The translations under genes were made by a program, and so were the position numbers. A DNA stretch of 62,816 bases, counting the filler, from Sphacelaria rigidula (Eukaryota): assembly GCA_964200075.2 (NCBI GenBank). It is 5 parts of 5 records of this genome, joined end to end, with 100 filler letters (N's around TTAATTAATTAA, not from the genome) between each part and the next. Parts side by side here need not be neighbours in the genome. Positions count along the whole stretch, not along the records: positions 1 to 12,484 come from CAXNAA020003715.1; positions 12,585 to 25,067 come from CAXNAA020003716.1; 3 more parts are not named here. The stretch is one strand, 5' to 3'. Of this stretch, positions 1 through 13,082 are shown in pieces (positions within the stretch are counted from its first letter, which is position 1; each line of letters begins with the position of its first letter). The notes below the pieces were generated by a model, which searched no databases, was not told the origin of the DNA, and saw nothing but the letters and a program-made list of their open reading frames with translations.

Positions 1-1882
1 TAATGACTCACTTGAATTTAATGATCAAATCCACTCTCAATCGTATCATCTACTCTCAATCTCACGAAAACACTGTTACAAGTAATCACTTCACATATAC
101 AATATAGCAACTTCCGCTCCTCCTACCGTTTGTTGCTGCTTGTCTCACTTTCGACCCCCTCCCCTTCTTGGGATCAGTCAGTGATATCGGTGATATCGAG
201 GGATCTGCCCATTTCTCCGCCGTTACAGGACTTGATGAATCTTGGTATCGTCGTTTGGATCAGCATTCCCACAAGACGTTGACCCTCGTCTGGCAAAATG
301 TTCTTCACTACTCGTATTCAGGTTCTCCGCTATTCAAGAACAGAGGATCTTGGAAATTGGTAACGAATTTTTTTCATGGAAACGAAGAAAAGAAGTGGTG
401 TTGAAAAGTTGAACAAAACGCTATATTATGACTGCGCTCATGTAGAAAGGGTGACTCAGGGTTCTGTGGGGAGAAGACCATTGGACACGCAGCCCCCCCC
501 CCCCCTCCCGGAGAGTAGTATTTCGAAAATTGTTATGACTTTGTCGACTCTTGAGTTGAATATTGATCGTTGAAGAAAATGATCAAGGAACACAGACAAA
601 AACCGAAACGTCTGGCGGGCTTTGCGAGGTTTGTATATTTGCTTCTGCTCCTTGCCCGCTCTGTCACGCTGACCTCGGATGCCTGCCACGCTCACACACA
701 TGTATGCACTCCAGGGCACAGTAGCGACAGCCAGTAGCCAAAGTAGCCACATTATCCCAAGCCTTGCAAAACTTGCCCGGACTGGTACTCGAGGTATTCG
801 ACACGGGACCGGTGCCCTCCAAGAAATATTTCGAGACACGCCCTATACTTTTTGACATTGAAAAAACAGTGCCACCGAGAAGGTAGAATCGGTTGAATTT
901 CCACGTTGACTTACCAAGTGAGGGAGAACACCCCGATGCGGAATTGCCGGTGGCGGGTGCAGCACCTACACCACGAGTGACCGCGCTACTCATGGTGTAT
1001 AGTTGCGAGTGTAACCCTAAACGTAGTGTTCCGCTGCTGTGCTGTGTGGCGTGCGGTCAGTTGTGTGCTACTACTGCCATGTGTTGACAATGCCTTGTGG
1101 ATATGCTGCAGCCGTGTATCGTCGACTTGAGTAGGTCTGTCATTTGCTTCCGCACGCCGCAGGCAAGAAAATGGCGTTACACGACGAAAACGCCTCATTG
1201 ATTTTCGTAAATACAACTCATCAACCCTCATTTGATGGTGTGCAACCCTGATCTGGACAAAAATGCTTCTCGATCAGACTGAAAACTGGTCGTTGTTGGG
1301 GCAATCATTTTTCAAAAGTGTCTTTCATCTATCGGTGTGTCGTAGCAAACGTGGGGGGAGGGAAAGATCTGATGAGCAGTCACCTCAACATAATTGGTCC
1401 AGGGCACGCCTTTCGAAGATATCACTGCAGCTCCGGTGAGGGGGGGCAGATGAGAGACGGTGCGCCATTCTACTGGGTTTGGTCCTCACGTTTCCGGGAT
1501 AGATAGGTTCTCCATGACTGTAGCGCTGTGGGGTTGGCGCCAACACGGTCAGACCTTCTTTCTTCTTTCGTAGTACTTGCGGTTAGTCGTGGGGTTGAGA
1601 GTTCTTATCTGCTTGTACTGATAAAATTATGGTGAGTATCAGGGTAATTTTGATAACGTGCGAGACCTGTGCCGTTGATACCTACAGCACTGCTGCCACG
1701 CGCGTCAGCCGTTGCTTACCACTAGTCAATCATCATTATTATTATTTTATGTCGCACTTTGAACCTCTCCCCTTCCTCGAAACGAGTCGTGGTGTAAAGG
1801 GATCAACGCACCTCTCCCTGGTACACGCCTTGCAGTGTGGTCTCATGGATTGGGTCAGCACTCCCGCACCGTGTAAACTCAC

Positions 1883-2002
1883 GTCAACCAAACCCAGTCG
1901 ACTACATTGTCCACTCATGTTCTCACGCTTTCCACGGTTGAAATCGGATATTACGGGGGAAAAAACCGATGCATCGGCAATCGAACCTTCGTCCTCTCCA
2001 CC
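1883..2002 (-). CDS. Possible further 3' exon of the sulfatase gene
   Basis: 120-nt open phase-0 stretch bounded by ...atcag and gtgagt (GGEDEGSIAD...LGLVD); no family motif recognised. Confidence 0.35.
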
Positions 2003-2419
2003 CTGATAATAATGGCGAAGGTCGGACCATTGCACCACCGGGGCGCGGCGCTTCAATGCATTTCCTAGGAATCCGCAAAATGTCGACGAAAGTTTCCAAG
2101 TTTTGTTGTTGGTGCGACGTTGGTACTTATGGTTGCCCCTCTGATGGACATGAGCACTCATCGTACGTTTGAGCGTGGGTGAATTGTGCTTATACCCTGG
2201 ACAATAGACTGTATCAACAGAACATTGCCGCTGCAATAGCCCCCAAATTTGGATTGTCCAAGTTTTTTCGTCAGTCACAATCCACTCGCACCAGTGTCTA
2301 TCGATAGCTTTTGTAGTAGGCGAACATAGATTCGGGACAAGGGACAGAATACATCATGGCCATGACAATGGGGGGGGGGGCAAGTTGTCTATCGGTACAT
2401 CTCAGTTGTTGCGATAGGC

Positions 2420-2625
2420 TCTGAATTGCGGCCACCAATGTCTATCGCTAATCACAATAGGATCTACCACGCGGCCACTAATACATATTGTGCACCGACC
2501 GATGTCTATTGCGGGTCACAATATCATCTGATTCGCGGCCACCAATGTATATAGCTGGCCACAATGCGATCTGAATCGCGGCCACCAATATCTATTGCTG
2601 GGCATAGAATGAGCTGAATAGCGTC
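2420..2625 (+). repeat. Degenerate tandem repeat, ~43-bp unit, 4-5 copies
   Basis: Recurrent GCGGCCACCAATGTCTAT...CACAAT..GATCTGAAT units. Confidence 0.7.
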
Positions 2626-3210
2626 GATCACTAGCGCCATGTATGCACATTATATTTTCATGTTCCTACCTCATTTGACAGAGGCCATGATCAGCTATCG
2701 CCTCAGGTAGTTGCGTGTTCATGTGTGAGGGGTATTGCCGTTGATATCATGACACCACTGCAGGGAGAAATATGACAATTTCTACGATACCGCAGCCCCC
2801 CCAAAAAACACCAGCCCAAAAGTGTCACGGAATTATGGTCATATAGCGCCTGATGTTTTGATTCAGGCTGGATAAAGCGCCTCATATAGGCGACATTTGC
2901 GAGAACGAACCCAAGCTTGGGAGTTCCCAGCTTCTCGTTGTGCTCTGCTTTTTCCATTTCGATCAACGTGAAAAATTTGCCTCCCCAAATCAGGAACTTT
3001 TGTTTTTTGGGGAGGGGGGGGGGGGGGGCGGGGGGCGGGGGCTATCGTAGAAAGGGTCACATATTTATCAAACTTTATCGCTGACGTCACTGGCTGTCAA
3101 TGCATGCTCCCAAGAACAATCGACTCTACCGATAGACGGCTCACCAAATCTTTTGATGACGGCAACGACAATCGATGGATGGCTCAACTAATCTATTGAT
3201 TACGGCAATT

Positions 3211-3268
<58 letters not shown>

Positions 3269-3345
3269 CGTTGTCGTTGTTGTCGTCGTCTTCACATTCA
3301 AAACGGTTCCGATATCTGCGCGGTACATTCGCACTGGGCATCTGA
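3211..3345 (-). mobile_element. Retroposon (LINE/SINE) 3' end with (AAC)n tail
   Basis: (GTT)n followed by tcttcacatt.aaaa..gttccg.tatctgcgc.gtac; the same junction occurs at 4722-4800. Confidence 0.65.
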
Positions 3346-3530
3346 TGCGGGCGCGTTCCATGGTCACAGGCTAGCGAGAAGAAAAAATATATACCTAGAT
3401 TAAAAATGACTATCGATGTAAACATCACAGAATATATCGCGGTACACGATTTCCATCGATCGCTAGTGATTCCTATCTATTGTAATTACCAGACTATCGA
3501 TCGACTATTGTAACGTCTATTGTCCCTTGC

Positions 3531-3700
3531 GATTGATTGATTGATTGATTGATTGACTGTTGCACTTTAACTGACCCCCCAGGGATCCAGCTGTGGTCAT
3601 ATGATAACCGCACCCAACACAAAATAAAACTGGAACACCCGCTGAAGAATAAGAAGGAACAAAAAAAGTCGAGCATAACGACATAGTAGACGAAGGCGCA
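3531..3700 (-). mobile_element. Retroposon 3' end with (ATCA)n tail
   Basis: (GATT)n followed by gcactt.aactgaccccc.agggg.tccagc.gtggt; the same junction occurs at 5905-5970 and a weaker one at 11522. Confidence 0.6.
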
Positions 3701-4044
3701 AAGTCAATAAAAGAAAATCACGGGAAGCAATGGCCGGTCTAGAAGAAAAGAGAGGTAAAGAAACTAACAGGACAAAAAATAAAAGAAAACAACAAAAAAA
3801 AAAAAAAAGGGGAACGCCCAAGGGATTCAGGGCAGCAGAGTGGATACGGACACACATCAGTGGGCCCCGCAGAGCCACCGACCAAGGATATAATCAACAA
3901 TCGATATGAGCAGACAGGATTCTTCGGTTGACGGCCCTCGACGCAGCAGCCTCTTGTTTGTGACGGAGGTCTGATTCTCCTTTGTCCGCGCGTCGCCACG
4001 TGTTACATATCAATGGGTGTGTGTTTCACCCTCTATCGTGTTCG

Positions 4045-4083
<39 letters not shown>

Positions 4084-4248
4084 AGGTTTTCCCGTGTCTA
4101 TTGCTGCAAGAATGAACGAATATCGCGTCCATTGTACGGAGTGTGGAATCATGTGCCTTGAGCCTAACAGTAGTGGATCATAGTTTGATCCGACGGTCCT
4201 GTCCTAGTCAGCGGGTAAGTGGACATACGTCAAGCGTAGGTTTCTCAC

Positions 4249-4720
4249 CTCCAGCAGGTCGGCGGCATGTTCCGCGAGGGTGGGGTAGTCCAGGTAGGGA
4301 TAGGAAACGTCGACCCAGGCCGCCAAGGTCTCATTCAAAAACACCCAGACATCCTCATAGTCGGACTCGCCGGCGAGATTGGTGGTCTCGGATGGATCCG
4401 CTGTAAGGTCGTAGATCTCGTCCTGACGTGTACCAAATGACAAGATGTGTTGTTGACAACGTTTATGTTTTCCGAGGGATACATTGGTTCATTTCCATGC
4501 CATTAATCACCATGAGATTCGATGTATGGACAATGAGATTGGTTCGAACAATACTCAATATCTCCTCGCATTGCGACAAAAGCACCTCGGCACCAGGAAG
4601 CCTTCAACCAGGTCCAATATCAAACTGTCTATCTGTCTACGCGATAGCAGCACGGAATTTCATCTCATCCCTGATGATTGTCATTACGTCTCGCTACGTG
4701 TAAAAAGCGGGATTGCTACA

Positions 4721-4761
<41 letters not shown>

Positions 4762-7700
4762 CTTCACATTAAAAAGTAGTTCCGGTATCTGCGCAGTACT
4801 GTACTGTAAACACCGATAATCGAAAATGAGGATGGTGCTTTTCATTGAGGATTATCCGGAGAATGAAAATCATCATATCCACACCAAATCTTCGAAACAT
4901 GGTTGCATTCCTTCACCTACTGGTAGCTATTTGATTGACAACTGCTACACGCCTTACAAATTTGGATCTCGATAACCGAAATGTTGGGGTCCTAGATGAA
5001 ACAATTTCGAGGAATTTAGGTGACCCGACCAGATCGCCGAAATTTCCCAAAAATGGTTTTTCACCTAGGACCCTAACATCTCGGTTATCGAGATCCAAAT
5101 TGTATGGCATGTAGTACTTGTCTATAGCTACCAGTAGTTGAAGGAGTGGAATCATATTTCTTAGATTTGGTGTGGATACTAAGATTTTCATTCTCCGGAT
5201 GACCCTCAAACAAAAGCTCCATCCTCAATTTCGATGATCGGCTGTCAATACCAGGCATGCACACGTACAACTCGATACCGTACCTTAGCGTCGGTGAGCA
5301 TATTCTATTGTAGGAATGGCACTGATGATTCCGAGCGCACACAAGCGACCACCTCGTTCAAGGGATTGGTCAATGGTTGGTAACACGTGATTCATTAGCA
5401 AGAGCGCATCTCCCAGGTCGTTGCAGGCACTTGAAGTACGCCGACTCACATAGTACTCGCCGATGCAGTTCCGGCACAGCTTGTAGTCGTTGCCTGCGTA
5501 CGTGGCGATCACCGCTTCGACGTATGAACCATCATCGTTGTACAACGACCTTGTAGTGCCCGATATAAAGCCGAGACCAGCGCCCATGTTGAAGTTAACC
5601 TCGGCCAACTCTTGTGGAATGGAAGTCCCATTGGATAGATATGTCCACAGGTCGCGGCCGTCGACCTACAAGACAAAACAGGGTCGGGAGGTGATGGCAT
5701 TGTTGCTTGTACCTTCGTACGGACGTTTGCGTCTTGCATTTTATTGATGGGGGATCATTTCTTGCAGAAGGTTGTTTTGACCACAAACGACGAACGACGA
5801 ACGGCGGTGCGTCGGGGCGTGGTTCCATCCGTATCGCGCATTCGAACGCCATAACCGCGAAGAAAACCGCATTGCCTCGCTCGCATGCCAGGCTCCACCC
5901 ACTGGTTGACTGATTGATTGATCGATTGTCGCACTTCAACTGACCCCCCAGGGGTCCAGCCGTGGTTTCAAGAGAAACGAAACTGAAACACGCCCTGAGG
6001 AAAAGGAGGAACAGAAGTCGAATAGAACGACATAGCAGACTAAGTCGTAACGAAAAATAAAAAAGTAAAAAAAAGTCAACACAAGCAAAGCACAGAAAGA
6101 AATGGCCGACCTAAAACAAGAAAAAAAGGAAAAGAGGAGGGAAGCACACAGCACCCATCGCATCTGAATATGCTTTTTTTCAGCAAACTGCACCCACATC
6201 CCTTGTCCACCGATGCTCCTCGCAACAACAGTCGTCTCCATATCTATTGTTTTTCTTACCTCCGATACTGCTTTCGTCGCCTTGGCAACGGCACCTACTG
6301 TAGTGCAGTCGACTCTTCGTCGAGAGCTCACAAAAAACCTTGACAGCGTACACCATGCAGTTCGCATCTACATTATTATGGCGTACACTCGTCCTACGTC
6401 GTCCCTCGTTTGCTTGTCTCCACTTGCTTTCTTGTCAAGCAGTTGCTCGGTAGTACACCGTTCTACGACACACGTGACCCATAACACGATTCACTCCGCT
6501 TTTTTAAGTCAGTCATCTTCTGCTTTCTCTGCACTTCAAAAACCACAAATGGGCCTATCGGAAGCCGTGGACGAAATGAGCACGATGCCGATCAAGGCAT
6601 GGCTGGCATCGCGAGAATGTTGAGGACCACAACCATCCGACAACGTACATTGTGCGGTACTGTACATCGATTCGCACTCCGGTCGTGAAGCGAAATGATT
6701 AAATAAAAAATACCTCTCTAAAGGGCATTCACACTCGAAAATTGTGTGTTGGTACTACTTATTTTGAATCAGCATGTTGTCCCGACGGAGTCTGAAAGGT
6801 TTTGATATAGATTATTGAAGAGCTTCGGAACTTAGGTGAAAAATACGAGCGTCGAACGAAATTCGCGCATCTTCATCAGGATCAAACCTGTATTCATAGG
6901 TCAAAAAATACTTGACCGTTTGGTTTCGGGAAATATCAAATATATGGACCTCCAAAGCCAGCAAAAGCCAATACAAGACTGTCGCTTATGGAAGGAAAAT
7001 AAAGAAATTTTCAAGAAAACACTACCATGTTTACCAGGTTGTTCAAATCACACATTTTATTCGGTCAGCTGTTCTACAAGTGAACTGCATCTTTTCTTGA
7101 CGCGATTCACGCAATAAATCACACTAAAAAAAGCAAAGATTTCGAAAACCTGATGTTTATAAAAAACATCAATGCTGTGGCGGTATCTACTCATTTCATC
7201 GTCGGAAGATCAAAATACCAAGCGTTCAATGGTTCGGCTCGGGAGTAAAATTAAGCAAATATCTGCCCACACAATCTGAGGACCACCATACCGGTCGCCC
7301 CGGTGGCTCAATATCTTCTGACGGTTGGGTCGTGGGTTCAATTATCGGAGCGATCTGGGATTTTTTCTTACACCATGCCCAACAGTGGAGAGCGACTATT
7401 TTGGGGGGACACAAAATTAGACTCAACGGTCGACGAGGGAAAGGGGCTGCTGGGCTCTTCTCGCGATAAAAAATAACGGCAAGCACCGCAGAAGGAAGGT
7501 GGGGTACCTAAAAAAATAAGCTCCTGCGTTGACCCTCCTCCTGTGTGACCCCGGCTGATGCTCCCATACACACCGAAAGGTGTAGACCGGCGTCCAGAAT
7601 AGATTGGACGACAACACACACAAACCATCCGACATCTGGAATTGAAGTTCTTGGTGTTGTCGGGATTTAGGAACAAAACGGTCCGACTACATACGCGAGT

Positions 7701-10700
7701 TTAGTGGCAGAACCAGAAACGGTTCAACACCAGGAGTAGCAAAGATCGCAGTAACCGAAGAGGTAAAACACCCGTCGTGGAATAATGAATAGCTCATGTA
7801 CTTCAGGGTGGTGGTGGTTGAATACATGATGTCAGCGTGTTGTCAGAATAGGGACGAGCTCGTTGGTATGAAGAGCCTACGGTATCAGCGGTTTGGAGGA
7901 GCGGTTTTGTAGTATCCAAGAGTTTTGTCGAGAGATTGCCGCATAGCCCTTCGCTTTTACTCTCCCAAGCTACCCCAAAGCTGCCCACCTCAACAGGCTT
8001 ACCAACGTGTCAACAGTTCTCTGATTGAAGAACGTGAGTGTTCGTGAACTTTTATTGCACGAAGGAAGTGGTTCACGAACAATATGAATCCTCTGCGAGC
8101 CCTCGTAATAGCGCTAGTTTCACGAGTTGAATCGTTATTCCTGTCTTTTGACAGTCGAACACTGTGTCGCATACGGTTGTACGCAAACAAGCGACATTAG
8201 CATTTCCACTAGATGTTCCTCACGAAGAATTGGAGTTACATACACGTATTATCGCGTGACCCTACATGCTCCGCACCGGCCCCCGTTGAATGTATCGTCT
8301 CCGTGGCATGGTGTTTACATCATCGAAAACGTAAGAACGTGAGGAGCAAAGCACGTTGGACACGGCGCGGGAGTGCTGATTGTACCCGAATGGACTTTTA
8401 CTTTTCAATCCTACAACAAATACGCCACAAGGGGCGGCAACGCGGTATTTTTCTGTGGATGTTTGCAGAATGCCCCATATTTGAAGAGTTCTCATTTGCT
8501 CAAGACATGTACTACAAAGCATGGCACGAATGTCGCGTTCCCCGTAAGGGCAGCCCATGTGACTGTTAAAGTGTATGTTATGCTACCCTCAAAATTCCCA
8601 CACCATGAGAATCCTACGTAGAATTGCTCGTTCTTTTGTCGACGTGAATTTCATGGATTACCACATGTCAAACTGTGAAGGCAGCTTTCAAAAAGCGATT
8701 GTGTTGTCCCCAGCGTCATGCGCTTACGTTGTGTCATGTGAAGAGCGAAACGGTACCCAAATCCCATCAGTTAGATATCACTCTCACGAACGTTGCGCTG
8801 ACAGTATTGAATCGGCTGACGGGAGTGGTCGGCTAGTGGCATTAACGGTGAGCTGCATCCTGCTACGATTGTTTGGCCCCAAGCATACTGATTGTCTTGC
8901 ACATGGATGACGGCTTCCAATGAGTGGTTTCATTTTCTGGTATCGCTACTCCCAGATACAGCCACGGGTTACACACACACACATTGCTTCATGGATGTGT
9001 CGCCGTGTATACACTACATATCATGATCGTGTCTCTTGCGCGGGGTGGGATTCTCCACCCCCGTACAACTGATCTAGCTCGACCATCTTCACGATAACCG
9101 CAACAGTAACGAAAGCGAGGAAAAAATGGATAATATGGTTGCCTGGCTCAAACAGTGGGTGGTGTGCTCAACGGCGTCGCTGCCAACCCACGTCAACCTT
9201 CAAAATGGAGGGGGGCGAAGGGATGCGAGATGTCAGATGGTCGGAGGAAGCTTCCAAGGGTCAATCTGAAGAGTCATGCTACGATAGAGGTGTACTCATG
9301 ATCATGCATGTCATGCTACGATAGGGGGGGGGTGTTTGATTCCGCGAAAAAATGGACTCAGTAATGCTTCAGACGACACAACACACTCGTAGTGCGCTTG
9401 TATGTGGGTGAAATCGGTGTCAAGTAGTATAAATGAAAGTTATTCATCGAAAGCAAGCGCGTTTTAACAACCGTTGCTCTAATTAACGACGATTTCACGT
9501 AGAACTTCGTGGAAGAAAACGGCCCAAAATATCCCCCACCCCACCTCTCTTATCGTAGCATGACTGAAACCAGCGATCATGCGCTGTATAGTTGTCTTCG
9601 GGACAGCTTCGGGGCTGGTTTAGGCGGAGGGCTATCGCGGCACTATTAGTAGTCTCCCACAGCGCCGTTTGACTTCGTTGACCTGAGGTAGATATATTGC
9701 CAAGGCCAAGCGGGCCGAGATAGGGATGTACGTGAGACAGTGTTGTCATTTCGTGCCCGAGAGCTACACAGGAAGAGCAGCATGGCCCATATACTGTGCG
9801 AGGACAGCAAAGGGGGGCTTGTTCTGGCTAGAACACCTCAGTTCTACTCGCAGTGAGCATACCGATGTAAAGCAAACTGACAAATCCACCTCCGGCAATA
9901 CACAACTTAGACATCCAATAAAGTTGGCGCTAGTTTCTTTTCAACACACATGGCTCTTAGCGCACTTTTTCATTTCCACGCCTGATGCGCCCAAACCCAT
10001 AGCTCAACGATAGACGGGCGGGCTCTTGGAGGGCAGGCTGGATTGTTATTTGCGCAAGGGAAACAAGGCCCGCGAGGAAAGGACCGCCTCCCTGAGTGTG
10101 CAACGCGTCATGGTTGTTCGAGTACAAGCCGCGGCCTGCGGGGTGCTACCATCTCAGCTCTGCAAAATAGCAGATGTGAATGTGTTGCCTGAAGGCGTTT
10201 CCGTGCAATGAATGAATCGGGATGTCAGCGCATATAGCAATAGTATAGTCGCCTAGGTGGCTCAGTTGGTAACCTCGAAACCTTCTGACGATTGGGTCGT
10301 GGGTTCGAATCTCGATGCAGTCACACGATCCGGGATTATTCCTCACATCATGCCCAACAGCGGAGAGCGACACTGTCGTGGGCACACAAATACCGACTTC
10401 GCGATCGACGAGGGAATGCGACCGCTGAGCCCCTCTCACGAAAAAAAGGAAAGAAGGCAAGCACCGCAGAAGGAAGGTGGAGTGCTCAAACAAAACAAAC
10501 AAGACGAAAAGTTCCTGTGTTGTCCTTCTTCCTGTGTGACCCCGGCTGATGCGCCCACATATACCGAAAGGTGTACACTGGCGTGACAGAATAGAGGGGA
10601 CGACAACACACACATGGTAGGAAAAAACAATGATACACCACAGTCCCCTCGACCATGTCCGAACGCTGCTGCACGTCTTTTGGCTGGAACGTTTCTCGAA

Positions 10701-11926
10701 TACTCTTGTCAAGCGTCCTTGTCCGCCTAGCGTCGACCTCCGTCCAAAAATGTCATCCTCCAAAGCCACCCGAGATTTCAGCGGACAAATACTAGAACAC
10801 AGAGCATCCTTCAAAAGCTCAGTAGAAGAATTGTCCGTGCTTCTGTACAGCATCTGAATCGTAGGTCGCTGCTGCAGGCAGAGGATTGAGCACACCAGCA
10901 TGGTGCTACCCAACCTGCCCTTGTTTGGAAAACAGGAGGGTCGTTTTACGGTACCCCAGTACTTGACATCGGTCTGTTCCCACCCCTCAATAAATCCCGT
11001 TTGCACCCCAATCCCGTCTCAAAACATATTCCACGCCCTCTTTTACTGACGGTCATGCTATGCTTGGGTGTGTTAAATTGGGCTCAATTTTGAGCCAGAT
11101 ATAGAGAGGGCGTACTCATCGTGTATTGATGTGACTCAACATTAATGTACCGACGTGATGCCGTTGTTTATATCACCTCGTTCTGGAAGTCGTAATCGCC
11201 GCTATCTTCCGAAGCAGCGGAAACAAAGACTCTGAAGAGGTCCACCAGGTGAATCAGCTGGCTGTTCGTGATGCCGCGTGTCAAGGTCACATCCTGTGCG
11301 GTAAAAGTGGGTGCGGTTGGTTCACAAAACAGGGCAAGTAGATATTTCAACACCAGAACCTTCACACGCATACATGTTCTGAAGCCCCAGTTATGTCCAT
11401 AACACAGGAATCAGTGTATCCTGCTGATGAAGTGCAATTCTCGCTATCATATTTCACTGGGAGTACACGACCCCAAAGTCAAGAGGGCCCGCCAAAACAC
11501 GTTGCCCGACCTCTGCCCACCGATTGTTTGATTGATTGCCGCAGGTTAAATGATCATTGGCGGACGCAGCCGTACTCACAAAACACGTGTAGACTTACTT
11601 ATCCAACGTGAGAACAAAGCGGAAACACCCTCTGACAACGAAAATGGGAGACTTCTAGGTATAGGGTGCATGAGTGGACCATCGTGTGGATGGAGCAAAG
11701 CGGTGTATTCCCCAATACCCACATGCGCCATCGGGCGGTGGCATATTAAATAGGGCGATATACGTACATCGACGGTTTCATCACCGAAGCGCAGGAAGGC
11801 AGGCGCCACGATCCCACCCTCGTACATTTCTCCCTTAGTGCCTCTGAGGAGCCCGTTGTCCGAGCCCATGTCAATTGCCCCGCCGTTGTCGCTGGAAAAA
11901 ACGAATAACGTGTTCTCCCACATTGA
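4249..11926 (-). CDS. Arylsulfatase-like (S1 family) sulfatase, C-terminal half, spliced; exons 11926-11768, 11293-11177, 5665-5450, 4422-4249
   Basis: Exons translate to NTLFVFSSDNGG...NGLLRGTKGEMYEGGIVAPAF, LIHLVDLF, VDGRDLW and EIYDLTADPSETTNLA, all typical sulfatase C-terminal motifs. Each exon is bounded by AG/GT, phase 0, length divisible by 3. The N-terminal CxPxR motif is outside the segment. Confidence 0.88.
4722..4800 (-). mobile_element. Second copy of the (AAC)n-tailed retroposon 3' end
   Basis: Homologous to 3211-3345; abuts the palindromic MITE at ~4809. Confidence 0.65.
4809..5247. mobile_element. Palindromic (foldback) MITE, ~440 bp
   Basis: The two halves are reverse complements (e.g. 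ccttcacctactggtagcta / tagctaccagtagttgaagg); homologous to 26254-26693. Confidence 0.8.
5905..6150 (-). mobile_element. Second copy of the (ATCA)n-tailed retroposon 3' end
   Basis: Homologous to 3531-3700, including the A-rich flank. Confidence 0.6.
7290..7626 (+). mobile_element. tRNA-derived SINE, copy 1
   Basis: Head accggtcgccccggtggctca..., B box gggttcaatt, body shared with 10245-10613 and 24608-24830, (AC)n tail. Confidence 0.8.
10245..10613 (+). mobile_element. tRNA-derived SINE, copy 2
   Basis: A box TGGCTCAGTTGG and B box GGTTCGAATC, conserved body, ACAACACACAC tail. Confidence 0.85.
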
Positions 11927-12097
11927 CTGCAGAACGGCACGTTGAATGTATATGAAGAATTCGCACAAGGGTGTCGCCGAGGCAGCAGAAGGGTGCGCGT
12001 CAGACGATGAGGGGCGAAATTCAACGGGGAAGCGGACGAGAGGGTAATAGATTATCGCCCTGCTGTCACGTTTCACTTCATACCTTCTGGTACACGC

Positions 12098-12295
12098 TGT
12101 AATGCGCGGGAGAACCGCGTGCTAGAGGACCGCATCGTGGTTCAAAACACCTCAGGATCGACGCTTTTTTAAACCAACCGGGCCAGTCCCTGCAGGGACC
12201 ACGCCCCTGACCCTAACCCCAACTCTAACCTTAACCAGAGGTTTGTTCAAATTCCGATGCGGTCCCCTGAGCACGCACTCCTTCCACGCATTACA
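12098..12295. mobile_element. 198-bp TIR element with TGT...ACA ends, 5-bp TSD (CACGC) and an internal telomere-like tract
   Basis: Imperfect TIR tgtaatgcgcggga...gaccgcatcg / cgatgcggtc...acgcattaca; CACGC at 12093-12097 and 12296-12300; ccctgaccctaaccccaactctaaccttaacc in the centre. Confidence 0.8.
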
Positions 12296-12484
12296 CACGC
12301 AATGCAGCATATGACACCCCTTATCAGAGCAGGAACACGGATACGGTCGACAATTACATGCCGGGCAAGACTAATGCCGAGATAGCCCCCCCACAAAAAC
12401 GTGCACCGGCACCATCCAACGAACCGGCTACGATCCCACTATTGGGCTCGTTTGCAGCAATTTCGCCCACATGAGAGGCGTGTA

Positions 12485-12584
12485 NNNNNNNNNNNNNNNN
12501 NNNNNNNNNNNNNNNNNNNNNNNNNNNNTTAATTAATTAANNNNNNNNNNNNNNNNNNNNNNNNNNNNNNNNNNNNNNNNNNNN
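12485..12584. other. Artificial linker (N44-TTAATTAATTAA-N44) joining segments 1 and 2
   Basis: 100-nt N run with a central all-frame stop sequence; identical linkers recur every 12,583 nt. Confidence 0.97.
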
Positions 12585-12823
12585 TTTTTTTTTCATTTCT
12601 GTATACTCTCGCGGTGTAACGGGCAACTCCTGCTGCGGAGGCTTGGGAAGGAAGATACTCTCGCTCTGTCTTCCTCTTTCGTATCTTCCCTGCGATAGAG
12701 AAATGGGACTTCAACCTCATTTTTTGTCTCCACCCCAAAACTTAGGGTCGGCTGTTTATAGTAGTAAGCAACGCAGTCAGACAAAAATTGAGAACGTGTA
12801 TCAACTGTTGTACCATTATTTCT

Positions 12824-13082
12824 CGAGTGATGCTACGGTAGGGGTGCCCGAGTATTTTTCAAGGTTGGAATTTTTAGGGGCCCTTTATCTCATGGAAAAA
12901 GCGACCTATCAAAATATGTGAAAGTACGCAAGGATTACTACTCCAATGTACTGGGGATATCTCGAATGAATTTGCAAACGGGGATGTCCTGATCCATATT
13001 TTTGTGCATCTTGAATCGTTGGGAGCCCCTGAACAAGACATCATCTCGCGAAAAAAGTACACCCCTACGGTAGCATTACTCT
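12824..13082 (+). mobile_element. ~259-bp MITE with 2-bp TSD (CT)
   Basis: TIR cgagtgatgctacggtaggggtg / cacccctacggtagcattact; homologous to 40106-40363 (inverted) and to a fragment at ~22225-22320. Confidence 0.8.

Noticed and set aside
2420..2625. CRISPR-like repeat-spacer array
   Set aside because: The 'spacers' are similar to each other (degenerate tandem repeat), the context is eukaryotic and there are no cas genes
10250..10325. tRNA gene
   Set aside because: A and B boxes are present, but there is no convincing acceptor stem or anticodon arm, and it is fused to a repeated body, so it is a SINE head
10146..11006. 286-aa ORF as a protein-coding gene
   Set aside because: About half is the antisense of a SINE, it has no recognisable domain, and it lies in a sulfatase intron
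12529..12540. TTAATTAATTAA as a biological motif (e.g. piggyBac site)
   Set aside because: Embedded in Ns and repeated at exact intervals; a synthetic stop linker
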